Below are positions 38,801 through 51,500 of a stretch of DNA of 64,000 nucleotides, in pieces (the first letter of the stretch is position 1; each line of letters begins with the position of its first letter). The notes under the pieces are model-generated. The model had not been told where the DNA came from and did no database searches. It saw only the letters and a list, made by a program, of their open reading frames with translations. Both the position numbers and the translations under genes were made by a program. The DNA comes from Fimbriosthenelais zetlandica (Eukaryota): positions 22,320,001 to 22,384,000 of the forward strand of contig OZ365114.1 in the NCBI GenBank assembly GCA_977030845.1, in the 5' to 3' direction.

Positions 38801-41354
38801 CCCTACCAAGGACAATACCACAATGGGGGCACAAAATGTGATTGGTAGGGGCCTCTTAGTGTGCATGCTCAATGCTCACTCGGCCTCGCTTCCATCCTTT
38901 CCTTCTCTCTATGTAAGGATTCCTCATGACGACTGTAGCGCCTCCTCTAGGCCCTTAGGAGCATTGCCTACCCCTCTAGCGGCCTTATACTGTAGTATCT
39001 ATCACAGGAAAAGAGTGTCTGCAAGTAGTCCTATTTAGGAGAGAAGGGGGCATGGATCCCTCAACCATGATCATTAGAAAGGGCTGGGCCGTGCCGGCAG
39101 CCCCTCCTTACTCGCACTACCCACAAATGAGTTGCTAATAATCACAAAAGCTCTTTCAGCACCTGGTTGGCGTATTAATCCGGCACTCGCAAATAGCGCT
39201 CGGAAGCCTCAGCTGTGTCTCTCTGCGATATGACAGTGTAATCTTTGCACTCTGCCTGCCTTGACATGGTGCGAATGAAGCCTCAATTAGACCTTATAAA
39301 AGTAGCCTGTCGGTGGCCACTGATGGCGGTGTGTAAGCTCACAATACCAGCCCAGAGAGCTCTCCCGCTCACAATGCCCACACCTCCACTCAATTATATC
39401 TCCACTATAACAGTCATTTTCTCCAATTTTTACCCCTTCGGATCTGTCAGAGCCATACAGGAGTAATCTCTCCAAGGTGTCAAATATGTCGGATTTATGG
39501 AGATGGCTCAGGCTGAGGGGAGGTGAAAATCATGGTAATGGTGAGCTTAAGGAGCATGGGGGCCATCACAATATGACTTTCTGGGAGGAAAAGGCATTTA
39601 CTCCTATCATATACACATTGCTGTTATGGACTGAAGAGTTCCAGCAGTTTTCTGTTATAGAAAGTCTGGATTGGAAATGGGGAACTAGTTTCATATCTTG
39701 CTGATATTGGTGTACCTGAAAGAAGCCTTAAAAGGTGGAAGTGGCGTTGTGCTGTTTTTCGAGATTTGTGGAGTGGGGATGAGGGGGAGGCAGAGGGGGG
39801 AGAATACACCACCCGGATCTTCCCCCGAGATGAGGTGGAACTAGATATTTATCTCTATTCCAGCTTTATCCTGCATGCCATCAACAAAGAGGATGCTTTT
39901 CTTATTACAACGTCTTATGGAGGAGCTTTAGAAACCTACAATTGTGTCTATGTTTGTAAATAATTAATAACTCATACATGGAATATATATATTTTTTCTC
40001 CACATTTTTGTTGCAAATTTGTCGTTTAACTGTAACTCAGTCTTCAGGTTTGATTAGCCCTCAATTTTTAAAACTTTATACTAATTCATTTCATCCAAAG
40101 TGACTGTTAATGTGGATTTCCTGTCTAAGACCAGCATGCCAATCTTGTCATCGCTGCTCATTTCCTCACGTATCATTACCATACAAAAGTATGTTCACTC
40201 TTTGGCCCTCACATTAACAAATGATGAAAAAGAACTTGACACTAGCCAAATCACCTTCACATCTCACTGTGTGTGATATTATGCTAAAAGATGGAGGATC
40301 CTGAGAGCAGAAATCTGGGCAAAGATCTTAAACCTAAGTCCAAGAAGAAACATAAGGATGCCACTCATTACCTTGGACGACTCCACAGCGATGAATCAAT
40401 ACCACCAGTATCACTGTCAAAATGAGAGAGAGATCTGTCAAGGCAAAGAGAGATTATGTCAGTAAACCAAAGAGCATGTCAGGATGGCAATAGGCAGTGC
40501 TTATTATAGACATGACAGGCGGGAGTAACACAATAGGCGTGAGTGACAGAGATGAGGCACTTTTCAGGCTAACAGAACAGCCACCATTACACGGCCTTTG
40601 TCAAAGTAACACTATTTTGTGATGGGGATGTGTGGAAAGGCTCTGAGCTTGAGACCCGAAAGCACCTTTTCGGGGGAAACCGATCAGGGGGAAAAGACCA
40701 GCAGATAAAAGTCGAGGTTTAATGAAGGTCGTACAGGGTTACTTGGTCGGAGTGCTAATTAAAAGCTGCTCACTTTTATGTGCTGTTAGAAGTCAGAGAG
40801 CATGAAAGGTGGCTTTGGTTAGCGAGTGTTGGGACTATGGCTCTCCTGAGAGCCTCCTATATCCCCTTTCTGTTGCTCCTCCTCTCTTCCCATTCAACGT
40901 GGATGTATGAATATCAATGGAGCTTTTTCCATCACGTTTCTTCTTCCGTGAAAAGGAAAACTTTTGTGTCACTTTCTCTTGCCGTCTGCCTTTCATCTTG
41001 GCATTTGCGCATGCTCTGACGGAAGGAGCTTGGTCGGGATAAGAGCAGGGTCAAAATCACAATAGCTGAAGGTACAAAGTGTCAAATGATTAGGATATAG
41101 AGAGACAGTCTGAGGCATCTGACCTGCCGTGGGGGGAAAGAAAGAATGCCCACTCATGTTACACCTCTTAAAACATGCCCGTAGAATGCACCCCATTCTT
41201 TTTCTTATCACTTTGATGTATTTTTGGATTTAAAAAGAATGAGACGAAAAGAGTTGATACTCCTCTTTGTGAGTTTTGAATGCAGGGAGTTTCATAAAAT
41301 ACCACGAAATGTTCACACTGTAGAACAAAGTCAGCGAGGTTAAAGAAAATATGG

Positions 41355-41370
41355 TATATATATATATATA
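41355..41370. repeat. (TA)8 microsatellite
   Basis: TATATATATATATATA. Confidence 0.9.
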
Positions 41371-41689
41371 GGTTAGGGTGTCTAAACTAGCAAAACAGAA
41401 ATCTTTATTATTTGTTAAACTTTTTTCCACAAGACCTTTTCCACAATATTGAGTATTTTTTTTTATCGCAATACCAATGTTATATATGATTTAAATCATT
41501 AAAACAGTAATCATGAGATTAGACTTTTCCAAATTTTACATCAACATCATTTCACAATGTCAGTTCACACAAAATTAATACCAGATTACTATATATTAAA
41601 GCATGTACTTTTTCTTTCAGGAAAACCACACATCTACATCGAAGACTTCCATTGAAGTGAATTAATACCCGGTTAGCAAGTTCCAGTAC

Positions 41690-42776
41690 TGAAGAGGACC
41701 ACCGCATTTCGTGATGGACAGGTATGTCTGCAGGTTGCATGTGCATGGGTGGAGGCCGGGAAGAGGACACATGTTCCTAGAAGAGGAGCACCGTATTAGT
41801 TTAGTGAAGTACATGTAAACCAGGTGTACTTCTGTTCAGGTTGCATGTGGGTGGAGGCCGGGGAAGAGGAGCACCACAATTCTGCATATGAGATGTTCCT
41901 AGAGTAGGAGCATCGCATTAGTTTAGTGAAGTACATGTAAACCAGGGTGAACTGTACTTCGGTTAGGGTTGCATGTGGGTGGAGGCTGGGGAAGAGGAGC
42001 ACCACAATTCTGCATAGGAGACGTTCGTAGAAGAGGAGCACCGCATTAGTTTAGTGAAGTACATGTAAACCAGGTTGAACTGTACTTCTGTTCAGGTTGC
42101 ATGTGGGTGGAGGCCGGGGAAGAGGAGTGCCACAATTCTGCGTAGAAGAGGAGCACCGCATTAGTTTATTGAAGTACATGTAAACCAGGTTGAACTGTAC
42201 TTCTGATAGGGTTGCATGTGGGTGGAGGCCGGGGAAGAGGAGCACCACAATTCTGCATAGGAGACGTTCGTAGAAGAGGAGCACCGCATTAGTTTATCAG
42301 GCGCGGATTTAGGTGGGGGGCGCCCCCTATTTTTTAGGGTTAACTTAACCTTAACCCTAACCCTAGGTTTCAGCCTATAGGGTAAACGCTAACCCTAGGG
42401 TTAGGGACCCTAACACGGCGCCTCCCCCCCCCCCCCCCCCCCCCCTTTTGAAAAATCCTGGATCCGCCCCTGTTTAGTGAAGTACATGTAAACCAGGGTG
42501 AACTGTACTTCGGTTAGGGTTGCATGTGGGTGGAGGCTGGGGAAGAGGAGCACCACAATTTTGCATAGGAGACATTCTTAGAAGAGGAGCACCGCATTAG
42601 TTTATTGAAGTACATGTAAACCAGGTTGAACTGTGCTTCTGATAGGGTTGCATGTGGGTGGAGGCCGGGGAAGAGGAGCACCCACAATTCTGCATAGGAC
42701 ATGTTTCTAGAAGAGGAGCACCGCATTAGTTTATTGAAGTACATGTAAACCCGGTTGAACCATACTTCTGTTAGGG
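41690..42776. repeat. Minisatellite, unit 115-129 bp (mode 128), about 8 copies, interrupted by an insertion
   Basis: The marker GTACATGTAAAC ends at 41820, 41942, 42070, 42185, 42493, 42621 and 42750. Each unit has two GAAGAGGAGCACC(A/G)CA sub-repeats. Confidence 0.97.
42298..42472. mobile_element. 175-bp MITE-like insertion with 16-bp imperfect TIRs, a 5-bp target duplication and internal telomere-type repeats
   Basis: Ends are CAGGCGCGGATTTAGG / CCTGGATCCGCCCCTG (13/16). The interrupted unit spans 308 bp = 128 + 175 + 5, with flanks TTTAT/TTTAG. The interior has TTAGGG/CCCTAA hexamers and a C-run. Confidence 0.85.
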
Positions 42777-45700
42777 TGAATTCTGCACGTCTGCTCACTG
42801 AAGGGGAGAATTGTTTAGTACATCGAAATATATGTAAACCTTGCTTAATGTCCACTTTGGAGACTTTGAATCACCCAGTCTCAGCAGACCATAATTTGAT
42901 ATTTCCCCTATAGAAGATTTACTAATATTTTACATGAAATCATATCAGATTTCTTTTTGAGGAATATCTCATTTCGGTGAGTAGCTGCAGAGATTTTCCA
43001 AAGAGCTGTATAGACCCTTTCACAACCATTGCCACAGCTACAGCTTTAGGCTGCAGAGAATACCCAATTGTCCAAACTCAAAGTTTGAACATAGAAACTG
43101 AAGCAGCTGATTCTTGGGAGCATTTCTCTCTGGTGCTTACTTCTACATTTAATACAAATGTTTGCACGATTTCTCTTCTTCCTGCTTCCTGCTCATCGTC
43201 TTAACAACTTCTAAGCAGGAAAGAACCTGCTAAAGTAGAAAATGCCTGGCTCAAATTTCTCCAGTGTGTTTTGTCCCTGTGGTCTGACAAGAGATATTTT
43301 GTGTCAGGAGACAGTAGGGTGAACTGGAGGCGGGATGCAGCTATAGCGACACAATGCCCGACTCCTCTTTCTTTTCGTGTTTGCCCGTATGGAATAGAAG
43401 GACTGGAAATGACCGTGATTCCGCACGACAATGCCCGACCAAGAGAACATCCATGTGGTGTAGGGTTAGCAAAAACATCGGGGGCTCCTGAACACAATGT
43501 TTTGTGCTTAAGTTATAAAAAGCCCTGCACGAAAACAAGAATAAAGACGCCGTTTGTAAAATGTAGAAGAAAAGAAGAGTTTCAGCAGGTCCCTCATGGG
43601 GACTGTGGGCCATTATAGGGTCTTGACAATACCATTTGGAAGCACATGCCAGTCCTTTATGTTCCAGACTGTCTTAGACTGTCTCCAGATTTGATCATTT
43701 ACAAAGGCCAAATCGGATCCGTCCTCTATGACCAAAAATACATCTTGCTTCTATTCTTCTAGGAGAAGATCATAAAAACCATCACTTCATAGCAATATAG
43801 TGTGTTTGCTAATTGCAAATACAAAGGACACTTATTGAAGTGTAGCAGTTGAATTTGGCATTCAAAAACTGAATGGCAATCATAGGCCTATAGTGAAAGT
43901 AATACACCATTGGTGCATCATGCATTATAATAACCCTCGCCCCATGTTGGTCCAGTTGGTGGTGGAAGGGGAAGGGTTGGGGTGTAGATCCTAGCACTCT
44001 TGTCTCAATTGAAGTGACGGTGTCCATTCTAGATGTTAATAACCAAGAGGGAATGACATATATTCATAGTAAATATGCAGAAAACTAGCTGATTTAAAAT
44101 ATGGTAGTCTGCATTATGGATCATTCCACCTATGGCGGCATACAGTGTATTCCCATACATCAAATCACACTGCAGCCTTTCAGTGGGAACCATGGCAAAG
44201 AAATCCTCTCTGTGGTTTGCTTTCACGAGGCTTATCACAACTTGACAATAGCTGAGCTAGGAGAAGTAAAATCTGGTTGTGGGGGGTCAGATGAAGGGGA
44301 GGTGCCGAGAATATATGGCAAGCATGCCTGCAGCCAAAGATCCTATACCGACCTTTCTCTGCGAATCGAAGAAAACATTCTCATTCTGACTCTATCAGCA
44401 ACGTAATTCCAGGTTGAAATTGATATTTGGCGGACGACAATGTATTTGTGATGGGGTGAGTAGCTGTGAATGGCTCGGGGCGCATTATTCTGCTGGCTAT
44501 GGGCAACTCAGGTCTTCTCTTGGTAAACACCCCCTGGCATACATCCCACTCAACCACGTGAGAAATGATGCGACTCCGATGGGAGAAGACTGGGATAACA
44601 GTTAGTGAGGCAGGTTGTTAGCCACTATATGATTTTTGCCATGGATATGTCCCTGAAATTGTTATTGCCTTATTGTGACATACTACTAGCATTGTTATAA
44701 TATTTAATGCAATACTGCAGTCCTTACTTGTATGTCCCTGTTCTATTTGGCTTAATGCAGTGGATTATCTTATTAAGTAGTTAACTATATGAATACAAAA
44801 TATCAACAGGTGAACATGGAGGGGGAAAAGATGCTCCTTGACAAGGATCTATACTTTATTGAGACTCCGTGAACCATAACAAACCCCTGCTGGAAAAAAG
44901 ATTTCTGATTTTGGGGGTTTTCAACATTTCTTTGGAATTGCTCCAGCATGAGCATATCGGCAAGCATACTGTTTCACCCTCATGCCCTAAGACACTGGCT
45001 TTGAGCCCTTTGGACCAATGGGCACATGTGCCATGAACTTTGTATAAGGTGGGAGAAGGGATCGATGCTCATGGCCACCAGGAGCGATTCAATTTCTCAA
45101 TTACCCTCTGATCTCCTCAATGCTCCTGGAGCAAGAGGTTGAGCAGAGAAAGAAGGGGCCACCGTGGAGGAGGACGTAAAGAGCGTGAACTTCTTGCCCT
45201 CTGTTATTTTGTGTAGGAGGCCCTGGAGAAAGCCCTCTGGCAAAGGTCAATCACAACCGCTGAGCGTCTCCTGACGACCAAATAGAAGAGAGCAGATGAC
45301 ATGGCGCCCCTTCACCCTGAGGATAGGTACTATCAGTCTATTATACACAAAAGGGGTCCATTGACACAGCGACCTCCCCGGGCATGGCCTGCACCACTAT
45401 GCGGATGGTCAATACGACAACATGGACACTCAAAATGGCGGTATGATTGAGACATTGACAGACGGCCAACGGCAGCGCTTCGTGTGAGCCACCTCGGAAA
45501 TAGAACTCACACTCTCCAAACAGATCATTTCCCATCATTCACAATGCGACTGTGAAGTGTCTTTTCAAACCTTTCACACAGGAGAGTGCTTAGTGCATCC
45601 ACGTAGGCCGCAGGTCTGAGAAGGTGACGACCTCTATGCCAACTTCTCTATTATTGCCCACTGTCCAGCCTTTTCTTCTTCATTGCTGGGCCACTATGAT

Positions 45701-48415
45701 GCTGTTTCCTGTCGAAACTGGCTCTATGTTGTATAAAGACCTCACTATTAAAAGTAAGAGATAAATGTACGGTTGTGGCCCTCTGACCTATATGTACGCT
45801 GAATGTAGAAAGTGATGTTAAATGAATGGATCCTTCCCTACTGGGCTAAAAAATGTCAACGTCAACATTTCATGTGATGAAATCCAGGAAGAACTGGCTC
45901 TGTATTTGATATGTGTGTTAAGAAACAGAAGCCAAGTTTCTAGATCAGTCTGATGTGTTCAGACTCCCATCTGCACTTTTAACATACTCAATCCGAATCC
46001 ATGTCAACTTGTAAAGCTATACTCATGCCATTGCTGACTCTGCCGCCTTTTCTTTTCATACAGACGGCTTTTGGATGAGGCAACTGACGCACTTGTGTGA
46101 TCACGTCTGAATTCGCCGAGCGCGCGATTTGAACCAAAGCGGACGTGGCTTTGTCGCTGTGGCTTTATTCGCCGACACGTCCACAGAAGGCTGCTTACCA
46201 CCTCCGTTCAAGATTCATTAAATATCAGGGAAGAAGACACCATATGTTATCAAGAACAGGAAATTTCCAGGCCTTGGACATTGTGATGCAATTGTAGGCA
46301 GGAGATGTGTATGGGCGGTGGGAATCGGAGGAATAAGCAGCCATGTTGGATAATCAGTGTTGTTGGAACTTTTCCTGCTTGCGAACACCATGTTGACAAG
46401 AAGTTCTGACTGTATGCTGGGCATTGCAATGGTTTCAATATGTCCCATGACATTAATCAATCGATTTCTTAAAATTGCAGTTTCTGATCGACGACATAAT
46501 GTGACCCATATAGCTGCCCAATGTATTGTTATCTCCATTTATGGAAGTGTATCTTGTCCCACTTTTGCTTGACTTGTGACTGGAGGATGATACCCATAGA
46601 CATCCGGGCGGTGTGAAGAAGCACACTTTAATCATGTACTTGTACTGATTCCCTTAGATAAAGATAATTGATAGAAACACAAGCCTCAGACTCTGCCAAG
46701 CATCTTGTCAATGGCTTCTGCAGCCAAGATAACATCTCTTGCCCCACCCAAGCCATGCAGTGTCTGAAATTCCTCTTATATTTACCTTTCCCTTCGACTT
46801 GGTAGATTTTGGACTTAACTTGAATGTTAAGTCATGGATTTATTATTAGGTCATTTTGTAGCATGAAGTTGGCCATCAGGAATGAAACAAATCTGACTTC
46901 ATTGCTATTAACAGAAATACCCAATGGTTCTATGTCTATGATATAATACATTCAAACACTCCTTTTCGCTAATTTATTGACTTTGAAACTTGTCATCCAT
47001 TTTTTGTCATCATTTAGCTTTTGCATGGACTGACTATTGCATCAGCTCAGGCTGCCTGTGAATCCTAGAAAAGTACTTTGCAGGATTGGATTGCCCAGAA
47101 TTATCTCCAACACTAGCTCGCTAATGAAACAATTTTCAAGCGTTTTCCTTAGTAATTGGATATTACCTGATCCACAGCTGAGAAACAAAAGCTGCATCCA
47201 ACAAAACTATTACCCTTGTAAATGTCTAAACTCCATCCAGGTACGTGTTGCCATGTATTTACCTGGGAATCTTGCATGACGGTCCTGTTTAAATTATGTA
47301 CCAAAATGGCCAGTGGATGTCATTAATATGTCTGCCCAAGAAAACCATTGAATTTTAAAGGCAACTAATGATAAAAAGAGCAATAACAAGTTTCAAAGGC
47401 TTGACTAAATTACAGCAAAGGTTGTGGAGAAAGACTTTTTAAATAAAATGCTTCTGATCGCATTGCAAGAATCTTCAACTAATTGAAGTCTATTTGATAT
47501 TCACCTCATGGCTGGAAGAGAATGTGCGTTCACATACTGAGATAAAAAAAGATACGAGAATTCTCATCAGTCCTAACACACAGTTGACCAAGAAATGTTC
47601 CCAATGCTAATGAAAGGATTGAAAAAGTAGATATGAAATATCATTTCTGTCAAGATCTGTGGGGACATTTTAAGGAATTCCAATTTCTGTTTTGGATGCT
47701 TGCTCTTCTCGGGATGTACGCGATCTTCTTTCTAAGCGTGAATTAGCGTCCCGTTCCTCTGATCTTTTCAGTTTCCTTTCATTATTTTACCAAAATGAGA
47801 AGGTGAAAATTAGATTTCTACTGTTTCAGTGATGCCCTCAATTACTGAGCAGCACTAAAGTTTGATCTAAAGTTTCAGAAACAAACATTTTGTCATCTTG
47901 TAATTTCTTATAATTCTCTTAAATATCAGGCATTGTACATAGGCAATTAAGGATTTTCGCTGTTATGAAATTTTGACTTCTATGTTGGAATTGGAATTCC
48001 AAGGCAGTTAACCTAGGGGCAGTAGCATCATCTGCGTAGATCTACCTGTTCAAATTACTCATCAGGCTACTGATTGGCTTGGTCGAAATGTCGCCATCTT
48101 GGTTTGATGTTGCGTTCTTCATATTATAGACGTCTACATACTGGATCTCATTTCTTTATCACGGGTACGCCAATTATTAAATGCCCTTTTACTCAGGAAA
48201 GATGACTCCTTCTTTTTCGTTAATCCCCATCAGAAATGTACCCCAAGCTGTGTCCATCCCCTCATCGGCTTTCTTGACTTTGGCGACAAAACAAACGAAC
48301 AGAATCTTCCTTTCAGCAGTGAATCTCCCCATCTTTTCAGGTACATCAGTAAACTAGGACGCCGTCCATTATCCTGAATGCAAGTCTCCTTTCAACAGTA
48401 TCTTTTGCCCGCTGC

Positions 48416-48576
48416 GCCTCATTGTGTGCTCGGTAGAGGGCCTCTAAAAGCCGGCCAGTGTTTCTGCGCCGGTCACAATGAGGCCATTGTGGGCAGGGGC
48501 CGGTCTTATTGGTGCCCGCCTCGCTTACTGTGTGGTGCTGACACCCATGGACAATGGGATCACGTGGACACAATAG
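48416..48576. promoter_or_regulatory. Homotypic Sox-site cluster (candidate enhancer)
   Basis: Five ACAAT/ATTGT cores in 160 bp, including the palindrome CACAATG-AGGC-CATTGTG; E-box CACGTG at 48561; CpG-rich context. Confidence 0.5.
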
Positions 48577-51500
48577 GAGGAGGTGCGAGCGCTACATTCA
48601 TGCGATCCCAGAAGGAGGCTCCAGGGCAGGCCCTGCAATAGAGGGCACCACCAAGTTCTTGCACCTCCATATTGGAGTTCCTTTGCCTGGGTACATCTCA
48701 ATATTTAACCCTTTCTCAGAGCTTCTAGACATAGATTTGCATTAAGATATTTTAATGTCATCTGCCATCAAAATTTATCCAAATATTTTCATTAATTTCC
48801 ATTTGAGGGAGATTTGCACTTCGTATATTGCTCTTCAGTATCATGTAATCTGAAGCTCCATTTTAAGATGCATTCAGAGCCATGTATATTCTATGATCAT
48901 GGCTGCCATTGCCAGATTTTCACCTGCGTTTCCCTCGTTGATGGAGAAAGGGTGAAGCAAGTACTCATGCAGTGGTGAGGGCATGCGAGGCCAGGGCCAT
49001 GCACGCTTCATCTTAAAGAATGGCTTCTAATATGGCCTCTTGAAGGGTGGTAGCCTATATATGCTGACCTTAGAATGGCAAGGAAGAAATGGATATTATC
49101 TCATAGTTATTGGTAGACCATTCTGCAGTTAAGTTGAAGGATGCCCACAAAATTTTATTCTGCAATTGTATTCATCCATCTGAAGGCATGTATTTAGAGA
49201 CCAGCACCAGCTCGTCTGAAGACCCTTGCCTTCTGGGAAGCAGTTCTTGTCATCTTTGAAAGTGGTCTGCTGAACCCCTACAACCAGTTCTGTCTCCATG
49301 TTGAAACAACTTCCTCACAGTTTGGCAAACTTTTCTGTGGTTTGACGACACGTCAACCCCCACCACATTGAGCTGTCCTTATTGGCAGCGTGGATCCTGC
49401 TGAGAGATGGTGCGCCTAGGCCAAATAATCTGAGGCACACATCAGAAAGCACTATGGGCATGGGTCGCGGCGGCTCAGAGCAGGGCCAGGGGTCACATTC
49501 TGTTGCTCGAATGATACGATTGTGCTGAAATAGTGCCTAATGATGGCATTATCCAGCCGTCAGGTCCAATTCGGTCCCGTCCCGCCCGATCCCATCCAAC
49601 AATAGCCTGGCCGGGAATTGTTGGGAGTCTTTGACAGTTTTCGATGCAGATCTTTATCGGCCACAACGGTGGTCGTGCGTCTATTTCGATAGCCATAATA
49701 CGTCTGATAATACAGCTTTCTCAAACGTGTCGTTTCGGTTCTAATGCAACTGTCAACGTGGCGTTTCGCTCCGTTGTTGCACTGTTCCACATTTTCTATC
49801 ACACCAAAAGCTCCGGGCGATGGAGATCTGTCAATAGGGGATGGAGGCCGTAATACCCCCGTTTATCGCCCAGTTACAGCGCCACAAACGAAAACACTTG
49901 GCTATTACAGCAGCCCCACACGGCAGGCAGGAGTCTGGAGATTCTATGGCACCTTTCATACAAGTTTTTGACAGTTGTGAAGATGGGGGACTTGGTGGAT
50001 TGTTTTCTGTGACAGACCGAGAACCCGCCACGACCAGATAGCCACCACCATAAAGGCCCTGCCTCTCACAGATATCTATAATGCACTTTCTTCTGGGCCC
50101 TCGTTTTTTCCCCTCGGTTTTCAGAAAGCTTCCAGTTTCAGAAATTTTATTTACCTAGGCCATGGACTATTTGATTCATTGGGCGGCTGGGCTTTTGTCG
50201 ATTATGCTTATTGTGGAGTTGTCACAAATCCCTGCTCAGCCCTGTGTTTGGATTTCTGCTGAGTGCTACATGAATGCTTTTGCTGGAAAAGTCTTAAAGT
50301 TTTTGTTACTTTATACTTCAGGAAGTCCTATATTCTCACCCATCGAATGATATGGCAATAACACATAAATTCAGAGCATAGCCTGTTTCTAAATTAATAC
50401 CCAATTAACTTCAATAATCGTGATCATAGAATAAAAATACATTTGTTCAACCTCGAGTACCAGATATCGAGCATCCAAGTATTTAATAGTTACTTCAATC
50501 AATTAGTGATAATGAGGCAATAACCGATAAAAAAAAGTTATTATGAGAGATGTTTAATTAATGGCCTGGTATGAAGTAAGCTTCTTTTCCTCAGCGAAAA
50601 TGGATGTTCAAATGACATTTTTAACATTCTGTATGTGCGGAAACATGAACATCTTCCCATAATTATGGCACTCCTGTGTTACGTCTATCGATTAAATATA
50701 GGCCTAAGTTCTGGGAACAAAATAAAACAACTGACCTTCCCCACGAGGTTATTTATACGTATCAACATAGGTGGGTGACTTTGATCTGTTCGGAAAGGCA
50801 AATTTGGCGTGATGTGAGGACCGACTGTTCTGCAAGGTCCTCAAGCCAACATTTACCCTGCCTTTTCTCCCCTCACAGATTGCTTTGTCAGCAATACAAA
50901 GCCAAGGTCACTGACATAATGGTGGCCGCCAAACACTTACACATGTACCCAGTCAGACTGCTGTTCTGGCTGTTGGTACAGTACAAAGCAATTGTCCAAG
51001 ACCTTTCTATTTTATACACGCCAAACAATAACCACCTGGCAGAGATCACAGTCACTTGAGTAAGTGTGGGCTTGGCAAAGTTGCCATTACACATACACCC
51101 AACTTTTCAGTTTTGGCTGAGCTATGCTTTGTCTTTAACCATACCCCCTATATCTTCCTACCATCTTTTGCCGTGACTCACCCCTGAAGGTATAGGTTAT
51201 GGCTTGTTCCGTCTTTTAACACTGGCTCCGACTAGTGAGAGTTTGATAAACCTCGGAGTGTTCTGCTGTTTCTCTGTCCTCTCCAATGTGACCAAAAAGG
51301 GAAATGTCTGTTCTATTCCCTTGATTGTCAATGTTTTACTACCTTGCTTTTAACTATTATATCGTCTATCAGTTTCTTTGATTGAATGAAATAATATATA
51401 CATTTTTGGAAGGTGGTGTACTGGAATATAATTGTGGGCATCCTGTTATATATTTATTGGCAGCATCCTTCCTTTTCCCATCAAGACAGTGATGTGGAAA

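Noticed and set aside
15055-41220. Scattered TCF/LEF ATCAAAG sites
   Set aside because: About ten are expected by chance, and there is no tight cluster.
41690-42776. CRISPR-like or bacterial interpretation of the repeat array
   Set aside because: Units are contiguous with no unique spacers, the context is eukaryotic, and there are no cas genes.
41552-42855. Repetitive ORFs with LVYMYFNKLMRCS
   Set aside because: Translations of the minisatellite.
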